Shown here piece by piece: positions 16,759 to 26,686 of a stretch of 64,000 nucleotides of DNA. The notes below the pieces were generated by a model. It did not search any database. It saw nothing but the letters and a program-made list of their open reading frames with translations, and was not told the origin of the DNA. The first letter of the stretch is position 1. Each line of letters starts with the position of its first letter. Made by a program: the position numbers and the translations under genes. Source of the stretch: Flavobacteriales bacterium (GTDB lineage: Bacteria; Bacteroidota; Bacteroidia; Flavobacteriales; UBA7312); assembly GCA_049890295.1 (NCBI GenBank), contig JBMHBP010000012.1, forward strand, positions 9,983-73,982, written 5' to 3'.

Positions 16759-17594
16759 AACATATTTTCGATAACGTATCCGATAGATGCAGTAAACTAA
16801 CAACTATAGCCTACAGTACCAGTTTTAGTTTTGGTATTAAAGCATTAGATAAAAAACTACATGCACCAATATATGGTATTTATGGCTTTGTTCGATTTGC
16901 TGATGAAATAGTAGATACCTTTCATGAATACGACAAGCATCACCTATTTAATAAATTCAAAGAAGATACCATTGAGTCAATAGATAGAAAAATAAGCTTA
17001 AACCCTATCCTCAATAGTTTCCAAAAGGTAGTCCATGACTATAATATTGAATGGAATCTTATTAATACCTTTTTAGATAGCATGCAAATGGATCTTGATG
17101 AAGAACAGGCATACGATTCCGACAAGTATAACAAATATATATTAGGGTCTGCTGAAGTAGTCGGTTTAATGTGCCTAAAAGTGTTTGTAGACGGTGATGA
17201 AGATGCATATACAAAACTTAAGCCAAGCGCGATGAGTTTAGGCTCAGCATTCCAAAAAGTTAATTTTTTGAGAGATGCTAATAGCGACTTTAACAACTTA
17301 GGAAGAACCTACTTTCCAGATGTTAATATGCTAAACTTTAGCGAATCAGACAAAGCAAAAATTGAAGCCGATATACAATTTGACTTTCAAGAAGCTTTGG
17401 AAGGAATTAAACAATTACCATACAGTTCAAGAGGTGGTGTTTATCTAGCTTATATTTATTATTACAATTTATTTAGAAAAATTAAGTCCTTACCATCCTC
17501 TAAAATATTAGAAGAAAGAATTCGAATTCCAAATGCTGATAAGCTTGCGCTGATGGCCCAATCAATGATAAAAAATCAATTGAATTTGATATGA
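16755..17594 (+). CDS. crtB: Phytoene synthase
   Basis: 279 aa. YSTSFSFGIKAL, YGFVRFADEIVD (first Asp-rich motif region), SAEVVGLMC, FQKVNFLRD. 4-nt overlap with crtI. Confidence 0.9.
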   Translation: MKHIFDNVSDRCSKLTTIAYSTSFSFGIKALDKKLHAPIYGIYGFVRFADEIVDTFHEYDKHHLFNKFKEDTIESIDRKISLNPILNSFQKVVHDYNIEWNLINTFLDSMQMDLDEEQAYDSDKYNKYILGSAEVVGLMCLKVFVDGDEDAYTKLKPSAMSLGSAFQKVNFLRDANSDFNNLGRTYFPDVNMLNFSESDKAKIEADIQFDFQEALEGIKQLPYSSRGGVYLAYIYYYNLFRKIKSLPSSKILEERIRIPNADKLALMAQSMIKNQLNLI

Positions 17595-18052
17595 AAGTAT
17601 GTATTTCAATACTTCTCCTCTTTTTATCTAAGCTTGCCTTAACACAATCATCCAAAACAACTGAGCTTCGTGAACTCTTTGTCACCGCTCATACTGAAGA
17701 GGAAACGTGTATTAAGCTATTTAAATTAACTGAAAATACCGATTTGAAAGAAAATTCATTAGCATACGCATATCATGCAGTCGCTAATATGTTATTAGCA
17801 AATTACGCTTTAAATCCATTCAAAAAATGGCACTATTTTAAAGTTGGTAAAGAAATGCTTGAAAACGTAATTATTCAAAACCCAAAAAATATTGAAATTC
17901 GTTTTTTGAGGTACTGCATTCAAATGAATTCACCAGTATTTTTGGCCTATCAAAGTGATCTAGAAACAGATAAAAAAATTATATCCTCAAGCATTTATAA
18001 TCAGCCTAAACACTTACAATCATTTATTAACCCCATATTTAACAATCTATAA
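17591..18052 (+). CDS. Hypothetical signal-peptide protein embedded in the carotenoid operon
   Basis: 153 aa. Hydrophobic N-terminus (MKVCISILLLFLSKLALTQS). The composition looks helix-prone, though no structure prediction was run. ATGA overlap with the crtB stop (17591..17594) and 1-nt gap to idi. No family recognised. Confidence 0.6.
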   Translation: MKVCISILLLFLSKLALTQSSKTTELRELFVTAHTEEETCIKLFKLTENTDLKENSLAYAYHAVANMLLANYALNPFKKWHYFKVGKEMLENVIIQNPKNIEIRFLRYCIQMNSPVFLAYQSDLETDKKIISSSIYNQPKHLQSFINPIFNNL

Positions 18053-18053
18053 T

Positions 18054-18593
18054 ATGAATTCGCAAGTTATTTTAGTTGACAAGAAAGATAATCCTATTGG
18101 TATTATGGACAAGCTAGAAGCTCATGAAAAAGGGCTTCTACACAGAGCTTTATCTGTTTTTATTTTCAATTCTGAAGGCAAGATGCTTATACAGCGACGA
18201 GCTTTAACGAAATATCACACACCCGGCTTGTGGAGCAATACTGCATGTAGTCACCCAATGATTGGAGAAGAAACGATAGATGCAGCCCGAAGACGTTTAA
18301 AAGAAGAGATGGGTTTGACAACAAATTTGACTTTTTCATTTAGTTTTTTATATGAAGCAAGTTTTATAAATGGCCTCACTGAAAATGAATTAGATCATGT
18401 TTATTTAGGCTTCTCAGATGATAAACCTGAATTTGATAGAAGAGAAGTTTGTGACTATAAATACATGAGTACCGAAGAGCTTGAAAAAGACGTTAATGAC
18501 TTTCCAGAAAAATATACCCCATGGTTTAAAATATGCCTCAAGAAAGTATTAGAAAGCAAATACTATTTTCAAAAAAATGCATTAATTGCTTAA
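18054..18593 (+). CDS. idi: Isopentenyl-diphosphate delta-isomerase, type 1 (Nudix fold)
   Basis: 179 aa. LHRALSVFIFNSEGKMLIQRRA, WSNTACSHP (catalytic Cys), ENELDHVY. Confidence 0.9.
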   Translation: MNSQVILVDKKDNPIGIMDKLEAHEKGLLHRALSVFIFNSEGKMLIQRRALTKYHTPGLWSNTACSHPMIGEETIDAARRRLKEEMGLTTNLTFSFSFLYEASFINGLTENELDHVYLGFSDDKPEFDRREVCDYKYMSTEELEKDVNDFPEKYTPWFKICLKKVLESKYYFQKNALIA

Positions 18594-18602
18594 TTTTGTA
18601 CT

Positions 18603-19040
18603 ATGAATTGGTTGATGAGTTTGCTAATAATTTTTACAACTTTTTGGGTAATGGAGTTTGTTGCATGGGCTACTCATAAATACGTCATGCACGGCTTTTT
18701 ATGGAACTTACACAGAGATCATCACCAAGTAGATAAACACAAAAAGTTTGAAAAAAACGATGCATTTTTTCTGATTTTTGCCTTACCGGGGGCCGTTTTA
18801 ATGATGTCTGGATCATATTTTCTACCAATAGGTATTGGTATTACCCTTTACGGTTTTGCTTACTTTATAATTCACGAAGTATTTATTCATCAGCGTATCA
18901 AATTACTTAGAAATACGAACTTACGCTATTTTAAAGCCATCAGAAGAGCTCACAAAATTCACCACAAAAATCTAACTAAAGAAAACGGCAGTTGTTTTGG
19001 GATGTTGATTGTTCCTCTAAAGTACTTTAAAAGGTACTAA
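18603..19040 (+). CDS. crtZ: Beta-carotene 3-hydroxylase
   Basis: 145 aa. His boxes HKYVMH, HRDHH, HEVFIH, HKIHH in a small 4-TM protein, the classical CrtZ layout. Confidence 0.9.
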   Translation: MNWLMSLLIIFTTFWVMEFVAWATHKYVMHGFLWNLHRDHHQVDKHKKFEKNDAFFLIFALPGAVLMMSGSYFLPIGIGITLYGFAYFIIHEVFIHQRIKLLRNTNLRYFKAIRRAHKIHHKNLTKENGSCFGMLIVPLKYFKRY

Positions 19041-19297
19041 TATTTAGCTATCAACAAACTCTTTTAGAAGGATTACTAGCATTAAGATATTAGGTAAGCC
19101 AATCTATTTTATTACTATCTTCAATTTGTAGTTTTAGTCAATCTGAGAATAACTATCAAAAATTTAATCTTTATTAGAGCCTAAGCTGTTTTAAGAAGTA
19201 TTTTGAGCCTTGTATGAAATTGATAGACATAAAAAAAGTTATTCCACTAAGAAGTTTTTTATTTTAATTATTTTTGCTAGGCTAAGTTGAATTAAAA

Positions 19298-19678
19298 ATG
19301 AAAAACTTCCTAATTATATATTTCCTTTTACTAGCATGTAACTCACAAAGTTTTCTTATTTCATCAAGCTATCAAGATTGGGTGGGCGGCCTAAAAGAAT
19401 CTGGATCTGGCACTAATTTTAACTTCAAAATAGTTGCTCCAGCCAGTCAATCAAATTTTTCTATTGAAACTGTTTATGCACATGAACGTCTGCTTCGCTT
19501 TAATGTCTTACCTAAATCCTTCGAACGTGGTGACACACTCATTATTAGTGGTTATAAAAGCGAACAGAATTGGCAGTCTGAGGGCTTATCGGCTAAAATT
19601 GAATATTTATTGAATGACAGATTAAACTCAATAGCTATTAATGAGATGACAAAATTGGAAAAATTATATTATCCCTAG
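19298..19678 (+). CDS. Hypothetical lipoprotein
   Basis: 126 aa. Lipobox LLLACN. No family recognised. Confidence 0.5.
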   Translation: MKNFLIIYFLLLACNSQSFLISSSYQDWVGGLKESGSGTNFNFKIVAPASQSNFSIETVYAHERLLRFNVLPKSFERGDTLIISGYKSEQNWQSEGLSAKIEYLLNDRLNSIAINEMTKLEKLYYP

Positions 19679-19714
19679 AAAAATAAACAAATTTATAACT
19701 AAAACTCCCTAAGT

Positions 19715-20143
19715 ATGAAAACTAAATCACCCCTATGGTTTTGGATAGTTACAACACTTATTCTATTATGGAATAGTATGGGTATACTTTCTTTTTTTGG
19801 CCATATATATGTCTCAAAATTCGGCATAGAAGAATTATCAACTAGCGAACAAGCCTTGTACGCTGAGTTTCCACTATGGACTTTTTTGATTTTTGGTCTA
19901 GCCGTTTCTACTGGCTTTTTTGGATCTATTGGTTTACTCCTTCGTAAACATTGGTCATATAGCATGTTCATGCTATCGATTTTAGCAATTATACCACAGA
20001 TGGTCCATAATGTATTTTTCACAAGTTCAATAGAGGTATTTGGCTTAGCCCAAACCATAACTATGCCTATACTCGTTATCGTATTTGGAGTATTTCTCAT
20101 TTGGTTTTCAAAACGTTCAGTTTATAATAACTGGTACAGATAA
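19715..20143 (+). CDS. Hypothetical 4-TM membrane protein
   Basis: 142 aa with four clear hydrophobic segments. Preferred over the overlapping minus-strand ORF 19699..20100. Confidence 0.55.
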   Translation: MKTKSPLWFWIVTTLILLWNSMGILSFFGHIYVSKFGIEELSTSEQALYAEFPLWTFLIFGLAVSTGFFGSIGLLLRKHWSYSMFMLSILAIIPQMVHNVFFTSSIEVFGLAQTITMPILVIVFGVFLIWFSKRSVYNNWYR

Positions 20144-20182
20144 AGCGTGTAAAAGTTAGTTAAAGCAATTATCTTTGCAGAC

Positions 20183-21694
20183 ATGCAAAACACTAAAACA
20201 GTTCTAATGATATTAGATGGCTGGGGACACGGAAGTCAAGACGCCTCAGATGCTATTTTTTCTGCCAAAACACCGTACATTGATTCCCTTTATAACAAAT
20301 GGCCTAACAGCGAACTACAAACTGATGGACTTGCTGTGGGGCTGCCTGAAGGTCAAATGGGCAACTCAGAAGTAGGACATCTCAATATAGGAGCAGGAAG
20401 AATCGTTTATCAAGATTTAGCCAAAATTAACAAAGCATGTGATGAAAACAGCTTAGAGAGTATGCTTAACTTACAGATTGCTTTTCAATATGCTAAAGAA
20501 AACTCTAAACCCTTACACCTCATGGGCTTAGTTTCAGATGGTGGAATCCATTCCCATTCCAATCACCTTTATGAGCTGTGCCGACTAGCCGAAAAGGCTG
20601 GAGTCAAAGACGTATTTATACACGCTTTTACGGATGGAAGAGACACCGACCCAAAAAGTGGAAAAAGATTTTTAGCAGCCTTAGAAGATAATTTACATGG
20701 GGCAAAGATAGCCACAGTTTGTGGTCGCTACTATGCCATGGATAGAGATAACCGATGGGAACGAATCAAATTAGCTTACGATTTGTTAACCAAAGGTAAG
20801 GGCAAGCCAACAACGAATATTTTACAAAGCATAGAGAAATCCTACCAAAATAATACCAGTGACGAATTTATTACCCCTATAGTCCACACGAACAACGGAC
20901 AGCCAATAGCTACCATCAAAGAAGGTGATGCTGTTATATGCTTCAATTTTAGAACCGATAGGTGTCGTGAAATTACAACGGCACTTACTCAAAAACACAT
21001 GCCAGAATATGACATGCAACCCCTAAAGTTACATTATACGACTATGACGATGTACGATAAAACCTTTAAAAACATCAATGTTATTTTCGAGAAGGACAAC
21101 CTTAATAACACACTTGGCCAAATTATTGCAGAAAATGGATTGAAGCAAATTCGAATAGCTGAAACAGAAAAATATCCCCATGTCACCTTTTTCTTTTCAG
21201 GCGGTAGGGAACAAGAATTTGAGGGGGAAAAGCGACTCATGGCCAATTCACCCAAAGTAGCAACCTACGACCTACAACCCGAAATGAGTGCCCATGAAAT
21301 TGTCAATTTGATTGTGCCAGAACTTGAAAACCAAAGTACTGACTTCATATGTCTCAATTTTGCCAACCCCGACATGGTTGGTCATACTGGCGATTATGAA
21401 GCTATTAAGACGGCAGTTGAAACGGTGGATACATGCACTAAGAAAGTAGTTGAAACGGCTATCAACAACAACTACGCTGTACTCATTATTGCTGATCATG
21501 GAAATGCCGACTATGCCATAAATTCCGATGGTAGTCCAAACACTGCCCATACTACTAACTTAGTGCCTTGCTTTTTGCTAAACACTCAGCATACTACAAT
21601 TAAAAATGGTAAATTAGGCGATATTGCCCCCACTATACTCACACTAATGGGAATTGATATTCCACAAGAAATGACTGGACAAACATTACTATAA
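20183..21694 (+). CDS. gpmI: 2,3-bisphosphoglycerate-independent phosphoglycerate mutase
   Basis: 503 aa. LMILDGWG, GNSEVGHLNIGAGR, HLMGLVSDGGIHSH, ADHGNA. Confidence 0.95.
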   Translation: MQNTKTVLMILDGWGHGSQDASDAIFSAKTPYIDSLYNKWPNSELQTDGLAVGLPEGQMGNSEVGHLNIGAGRIVYQDLAKINKACDENSLESMLNLQIAFQYAKENSKPLHLMGLVSDGGIHSHSNHLYELCRLAEKAGVKDVFIHAFTDGRDTDPKSGKRFLAALEDNLHGAKIATVCGRYYAMDRDNRWERIKLAYDLLTKGKGKPTTNILQSIEKSYQNNTSDEFITPIVHTNNGQPIATIKEGDAVICFNFRTDRCREITTALTQKHMPEYDMQPLKLHYTTMTMYDKTFKNINVIFEKDNLNNTLGQIIAENGLKQIRIAETEKYPHVTFFFSGGREQEFEGEKRLMANSPKVATYDLQPEMSAHEIVNLIVPELENQSTDFICLNFANPDMVGHTGDYEAIKTAVETVDTCTKKVVETAINNNYAVLIIADHGNADYAINSDGSPNTAHTTNLVPCFLLNTQHTTIKNGKLGDIAPTILTLMGIDIPQEMTGQTLL

Positions 21695-21696
21695 TT

Positions 21697-23088
21697 ATGG
21701 AACATATTAATCAATACATAGAAGAACACAAAAACCGATTTATTGAAGAACTACTAGATTTACTACGTATACCTTCTATAAGTGCCGACCCAGCCTACTT
21801 AAAAGACGTATACAACTGTGCACAGGCCGTACATGACCATTTAGTGAAAGCAGGGGCTGATAATGTCGACATTTGCCCAACCAAAGGCTATCCCATTGTT
21901 TACGGAGAAAAAATAATAGACTCATCACTACCAACTGTACTTGTGTATGGTCATTACGACGTCCAACCCGCTGACCCTTTAGAGTTATGGGAAAGTGGTC
22001 CATTTGAACCAATCATCAAAGCCACTGACATCCATCCCGATGGTGCCATCTTTGCACGTGGTGCTTGCGATGATAAAGGACAAATGTATATGCACATCAA
22101 AGCATTTGAACTGATGATGCGTACCAACTCACTGGCCTGTAATGTGAAATTCATGATAGAGGGCGAAGAAGAAGTCGGTTCAGACAATTTAGGTGACTTT
22201 GTCAAATCCAACAAAGAACGACTGAAATGCGATGCCATACTTATCTCTGATACTGGTATTATAGCCAACGATACTCCCTCCATTACGACTGGATTAAAAG
22301 GATTAAGCTATTTAGAAGTGGAAGTGACAGGCCCTAACCGCGATTTACATTCGGGATTGTACGGCGGGGCCGTGGCCAACCCCATCAATATTTTATGTGA
22401 AATGATAGCCTCTCTAAAAGACGAAAATAATCACATTACTATCCCTGGTTTTTACGACAAAGTCGTAGAGCTGTCAGACCAAGAAAGAGCGGATATGGCT
22501 AGGGCACCTTTTTCTTTGGCAGATTATAAAAAAGCTTTAGACTTAGGCGATGTTCATGGAGAAAAGGGTTACACTACTATGGAAAGAACAGGCATACGCC
22601 CTACTCTAGACGTTAATGGTATTTGGGGTGGCTATACTGGCGAAGGAGCCAAAACAGTCATTGCATCAAAGGCCTATGCTAAAATATCCATGCGACTAGT
22701 TCCTAATCAGCAAGATGAAGAGATTACACAATTATTTGAATCTCACTTTAATCGTATTGCCCCAAAAAGTGTTAGTGTAAAAGTTAAACCACATCATGGT
22801 GGAGAACCATATGTTGCTCCTACTGATAGTCCAGCTTATCTAGCAGCAAGCGAGGCTATGGAAAGTACTTTTGGTAAAAAACCTGTGCCAATAAGAAGTG
22901 GTGGTAGCATACCTATTGTCGCTTTATTTGAAGAAGAACTAGATGTAAAGTCTATTTTGATGGGCTTTGGACTAGATAGCGATGCTATACATTCCCCTAA
23001 TGAACACTATGGTATTTTTAACTTCCTAAAGGGAATAGAAACTATTCCACACTTTTTCACTAACTTTAAACGTTTGATGACAAAATAA
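21697..23088 (+). CDS. M20 family dipeptidase (ArgE/DapE/CNDP-like)
   Basis: 463 aa. VYGHYDVQP, ARGACDDKG, IEGEEEVGS, HSPNEH. Confidence 0.85.
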   Translation: MEHINQYIEEHKNRFIEELLDLLRIPSISADPAYLKDVYNCAQAVHDHLVKAGADNVDICPTKGYPIVYGEKIIDSSLPTVLVYGHYDVQPADPLELWESGPFEPIIKATDIHPDGAIFARGACDDKGQMYMHIKAFELMMRTNSLACNVKFMIEGEEEVGSDNLGDFVKSNKERLKCDAILISDTGIIANDTPSITTGLKGLSYLEVEVTGPNRDLHSGLYGGAVANPINILCEMIASLKDENNHITIPGFYDKVVELSDQERADMARAPFSLADYKKALDLGDVHGEKGYTTMERTGIRPTLDVNGIWGGYTGEGAKTVIASKAYAKISMRLVPNQQDEEITQLFESHFNRIAPKSVSVKVKPHHGGEPYVAPTDSPAYLAASEAMESTFGKKPVPIRSGGSIPIVALFEEELDVKSILMGFGLDSDAIHSPNEHYGIFNFLKGIETIPHFFTNFKRLMTK

Positions 23089-23093
23089 CACTA

Positions 23094-23954
23094 TTGAGGC
23101 AGTTATTATTCATATCGATACTTTTTTTAATGGCATGTGCTAAAGATCAGCCTATTTTAGTAGGTGATAATGTAGCACCACCTGATCAAACTATTGATAG
23201 GGTTGTCAAAGAAAATTACATCAATAAACTATACATCAGCTTACTAGGTAGAGAACCAAACTCAACTGAATTTGATGAAGCCAACACCCTTTTAGGTAGC
23301 GAAGTTTCTTTACAAAGCAGAGAACAAGTCATTGATATAATTCAAGGCAATGAGGAATATTATATTAATTTATATAGAGTTTTCAGACAAGACTACCTCA
23401 ACGGAGTAGACACCACTCAAATCAGAGATGATTATATAATCCTATTCGAAAACTTATTGGAAAATGAAAGTAACCCTTTTGTTATTGAAGAGTTTGAAAA
23501 AATATTGGACAGACTATATCTTTTGAGTCGTTCGGCAGATGATCTTATTTCCGGTCAAGCCAACGTAGTAGAAATTCATCAGCGATGCGTCAACAATGAA
23601 CTCTATGATGAAATAAACATGGGAAGCTTTAATTATGTGGTTTCCATCTTTCAAAACTTTTTACACCGCTATCCGACCCAATCTGAACTAGAAAACGGTA
23701 TCATAATGGTAGATGGCGAACAAAGTATTTGTTTTGAGCAAAATGGCGATAGTAAAAATAACTTTAACGCCTTATTTTTCGAATACGACGGCTACTACGA
23801 AGGGCAGATAGTTAGTGTTTACAACAAACTTTTGTTCAGAGACCCCAATACCATAGAAATAAGTGAGCTAATTCAATTGTTCAAAGCAGACAAAGACTAT
23901 CAAAAACTCCAAAAAAGAATACTAACTACCGATGAATTTTTAGGCATAGAATGA
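23094..23954 (+). CDS. Hypothetical lipoprotein with DUF4214-like repeat motif
   Basis: 286 aa. TTG start as in the track, because an ATG start would delete the signal peptide. Lipobox FLMACAK. INKLYISLLGREPNSTEFDEANTLL resembles the DUF4214 Y..lLgR.p...e motif. Confidence 0.5.
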   Translation: MRQLLFISILFLMACAKDQPILVGDNVAPPDQTIDRVVKENYINKLYISLLGREPNSTEFDEANTLLGSEVSLQSREQVIDIIQGNEEYYINLYRVFRQDYLNGVDTTQIRDDYIILFENLLENESNPFVIEEFEKILDRLYLLSRSADDLISGQANVVEIHQRCVNNELYDEINMGSFNYVVSIFQNFLHRYPTQSELENGIIMVDGEQSICFEQNGDSKNNFNALFFEYDGYYEGQIVSVYNKLLFRDPNTIEISELIQLFKADKDYQKLQKRILTTDEFLGIE

Positions 23955-24445
23955 AAACCTCTGTTTACATATTTTTGACCCTAACTCTACTTGTTTTTTC
24001 TTCTTGTTCAAACGACGACCCCTACTTTCTATTTGAGGTTGACAAAGTAGAGGTTGAGCAAACCAATGCCGACAAAAATCGCTTAAAAACAGACATTGAG
24101 TTTGTTTCTATTGCCTTCAATGATTTATATGGCACCAATATTCCTCAAAACCAATTAGAAGAAATCATCACCTCATATAAATCGTTCGGCGACAAATCTT
24201 TAGTCATTGAATTAATTATCAAGAAGTTCATTCTAGACGAAGGAAGTGCTATTCCAAATTTACTTCGTATCTCTAGAGAAAGTGTAGAGCTATTTGTGGT
24301 AGAGGCCTACGAAAAACTATATAACAGAACGCCAAATGCCTTTGAAAAGTGGCACATGACAGAGTTAATTATGAACAACAGCAGTGTGGATGCAGAAATG
24401 GTATATTTCTCAATGATGACTGCCAACGAATACAGATACTACTAA
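23951..24445 (+). CDS. Hypothetical lipoprotein (DUF4214-like motif, weak)
   Basis: 164 aa. Lipobox VFSSCSN. AYEKLYNRTPNAFEKWHMTELI. ATGA overlap with the upstream gene. Confidence 0.5.
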   Translation: MKTSVYIFLTLTLLVFSSCSNDDPYFLFEVDKVEVEQTNADKNRLKTDIEFVSIAFNDLYGTNIPQNQLEEIITSYKSFGDKSLVIELIIKKFILDEGSAIPNLLRISRESVELFVVEAYEKLYNRTPNAFEKWHMTELIMNNSSVDAEMVYFSMMTANEYRYY

Positions 24446-24446
24446 T

Positions 24447-25751
24447 ATGAAAAGACGTTCATTCATAAAAAAGACGGCCCTAACGGCAGCAGCTAGTTTT
24501 GCTGTTCCATATATTTTACCATCTGGACGCTTATTTGCTGCCACTGGTGCTCGAAAAGCCAATCATGTAGTTTTATGTCTCTTTGCGGGTGGAGTAAGGA
24601 GTTTAGAGTCTCATAAATTTTCCAATGGTAACTTCGGAAATATGATGCCCTACACTTTTACTGGTGGCGTAGAAAATCTAGCAGGCGTTGATATAGGTAG
24701 TGCTTTAGGATTACCCTCCGGACAAAGCTTACAAGAACAGGGAACATTGTTTTCTAATATGAAAATGAAAAACGGCCCAACTGGTCATTATAATGGACAC
24801 GCTACTTTAATGACTGGCGTTTATACCGATACTAACCTCAACATCAATGCCAATCCACAATACCCAACGGTATTTGAGTTATACAGAAAACACAACTCAC
24901 CTTCTATGAGTGCCTTAAACGCTTGGTGGGTATCCAACTCCTTAGGACCCTATCCTCAACTTAATTATAGTACAGATCCTAGCTATGGTGCTAAATATGG
25001 GGCAAATCACATTCAACCGATGAGTTTCATTTACTCAGGATATGAATCGATTTATACAACTGGCAATTCGCTGCTCAACAGTCAATCAGAATCTATCAGC
25101 ACCTTAAAAGGGTTTTGTGACAACAACTTCAACAGAGACTTTGCAAATAACAGTGGGGTTGTGAATACTGCCCAGGACAAGGCTCTTTTAGAAGCCTTTA
25201 TCCAAAATAACTTTAACAAAGCAATAACAGGTCAGTTGAACGATCCTTGGGGCCTAGGACCAGATATTTATAATGGCGATATGTACACCATGTACTTCGC
25301 TGAAGAAATCATCAAAGAGTTTCAGCCAGAACTATTGGTAGTGAATATGCAAAATGTCGATGCTGCACATGATGATACTACCGATTATTTAAATAATCTA
25401 AAACGAGCCGATTATGCCCTAGCCCATTTATGGCAAACCATACAAAACACGCCTGGTATGGAGAATACTATTTTAATAGCTGCCCCTGAGCACGGCCGAA
25501 ACCTTGAAACCAACGGCGTGGTAGACAGCTTTGGTAGAGAAGGCACTGACCATACTGGCGACGACATGAGTAGAGAGGTCTTTTGTATGATGTTAGGCCA
25601 TCAAACCGATGCTTTTGTCAACAGTGGTTTATCAGTGAACGCTGATTGCGAAACCATCGACATTGTTCCCACCATAGCCAATATTTTGGGCTTTGACAAC
25701 GACATACCTGGACAACTCAGTGGGCGATCACTCAATGAAGCATTTAGTTAA
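24447..25751 (+). CDS. Tat-signal alkaline-phosphatase-superfamily protein (DUF1501-like)
   Basis: 434 aa. Twin-arginine signal MKRRSFIKKTALTAAASFA. C-terminal HGRN...GTDHTGDD...IDIVPTIANILG is sulfatase/AP-superfamily-like. The N-terminal metal-site block is divergent. Confidence 0.55.
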   Translation: MKRRSFIKKTALTAAASFAVPYILPSGRLFAATGARKANHVVLCLFAGGVRSLESHKFSNGNFGNMMPYTFTGGVENLAGVDIGSALGLPSGQSLQEQGTLFSNMKMKNGPTGHYNGHATLMTGVYTDTNLNINANPQYPTVFELYRKHNSPSMSALNAWWVSNSLGPYPQLNYSTDPSYGAKYGANHIQPMSFIYSGYESIYTTGNSLLNSQSESISTLKGFCDNNFNRDFANNSGVVNTAQDKALLEAFIQNNFNKAITGQLNDPWGLGPDIYNGDMYTMYFAEEIIKEFQPELLVVNMQNVDAAHDDTTDYLNNLKRADYALAHLWQTIQNTPGMENTILIAAPEHGRNLETNGVVDSFGREGTDHTGDDMSREVFCMMLGHQTDAFVNSGLSVNADCETIDIVPTIANILGFDNDIPGQLSGRSLNEAFS

Positions 25752-26686
25752 TGATGAAAAGAATTCATAGTATATACTTTATTTTGACTCTAGTATCAGG
25801 CGTGCTATTATGGAGTTGTGGAGAAGATATTCCAGAACCCTATAACCCCTATAGTGAAATCATTTATCCCATAGAAAGTAATCCTGTGGATAATTCTAGC
25901 CCAAACTCACTAAGTCGCACCCACAATGAAGTCTTTGAGCCTAAATGTAATGTGTTAGGCTGCCATGATGGTAGTTTCGAACCCGATTTTAGAACACCTA
26001 TCAGCAGCTACTCTACATTAGTGTACCATTCTATAAAGAAGAATAATGCCGATGAAGAGTTTGAGTACAGAGTCATTCCTTACGACACTGCCAACTCAGT
26101 ACTGTGGGAACGTATTACTAACTGTTGCTTTGTGAACGAAAACGATCGAATGCCACAAGATAATATCGGTATTTCAATGCCTCAAGAGTCTATCGATCAA
26201 ATCGGCAATTGGATAATGGCCGGTGCACCTGACTTGTTCGGAAATGTAGCTGAAGAGCCCAATACACTGCCAAACATAATGTATGCATCGTTTTTTGATG
26301 TGGATTACGATACCAATTACACTAGTAACAGAGTAGATGATGAATGGTATACTCCCTTTATTTTACCCCAAAATACTGATATAAATGTAGTGGTAACAGT
26401 CGAAGATGACAATGTGCATAATTTGAATTTATTGTACAATACTTTGAAAATATCCACAGACATTAATGATTTTTCTAACGCCCAAGAATTTGTAGCCAAC
26501 TGTTTAGACAACGAAGAATTTGATTATCCTTTTCTGTTGACGCTCAATACTTCTGACTTTAATACCGATCAACAATATTTTGTTCGCTATTATACCAAAG
26601 ATAGTCCTAATGGACAATTGGCAGAATACCCTGAAACAGAAGACGAAAGTTATTATAAATCTATATGGTCATTTATTCTAGAGTAA
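25751..26686 (+). CDS. Lipoprotein with planctomycete-cytochrome-C-like (PSCyt-like) domain carrying CX4CH
   Basis: 311 aa. Lipobox LLWSCGE. CNVLGCHDGSFEPDF...VIPYDTANSVLWERIT...DRMPQDN..ISMPQESIDQIGNWIMAGAP follows the C..CH ... vvPG.p..S.L..ri ... MPP ... ls..ei..l..WI..GA pattern I associate with PSCyt domains. Confidence 0.5.
   Translation: MMKRIHSIYFILTLVSGVLLWSCGEDIPEPYNPYSEIIYPIESNPVDNSSPNSLSRTHNEVFEPKCNVLGCHDGSFEPDFRTPISSYSTLVYHSIKKNNADEEFEYRVIPYDTANSVLWERITNCCFVNENDRMPQDNIGISMPQESIDQIGNWIMAGAPDLFGNVAEEPNTLPNIMYASFFDVDYDTNYTSNRVDDEWYTPFILPQNTDINVVVTVEDDNVHNLNLLYNTLKISTDINDFSNAQEFVANCLDNEEFDYPFLLTLNTSDFNTDQQYFVRYYTKDSPNGQLAEYPETEDESYYKSIWSFILE

Noticed and set aside
19699-20100. 133-aa minus-strand ORF overlapping 19715..20143
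   Set aside because: The plus-strand partner encodes a coherent 4-TM membrane protein. The minus ORF has no motif and a basic, low-complexity composition.
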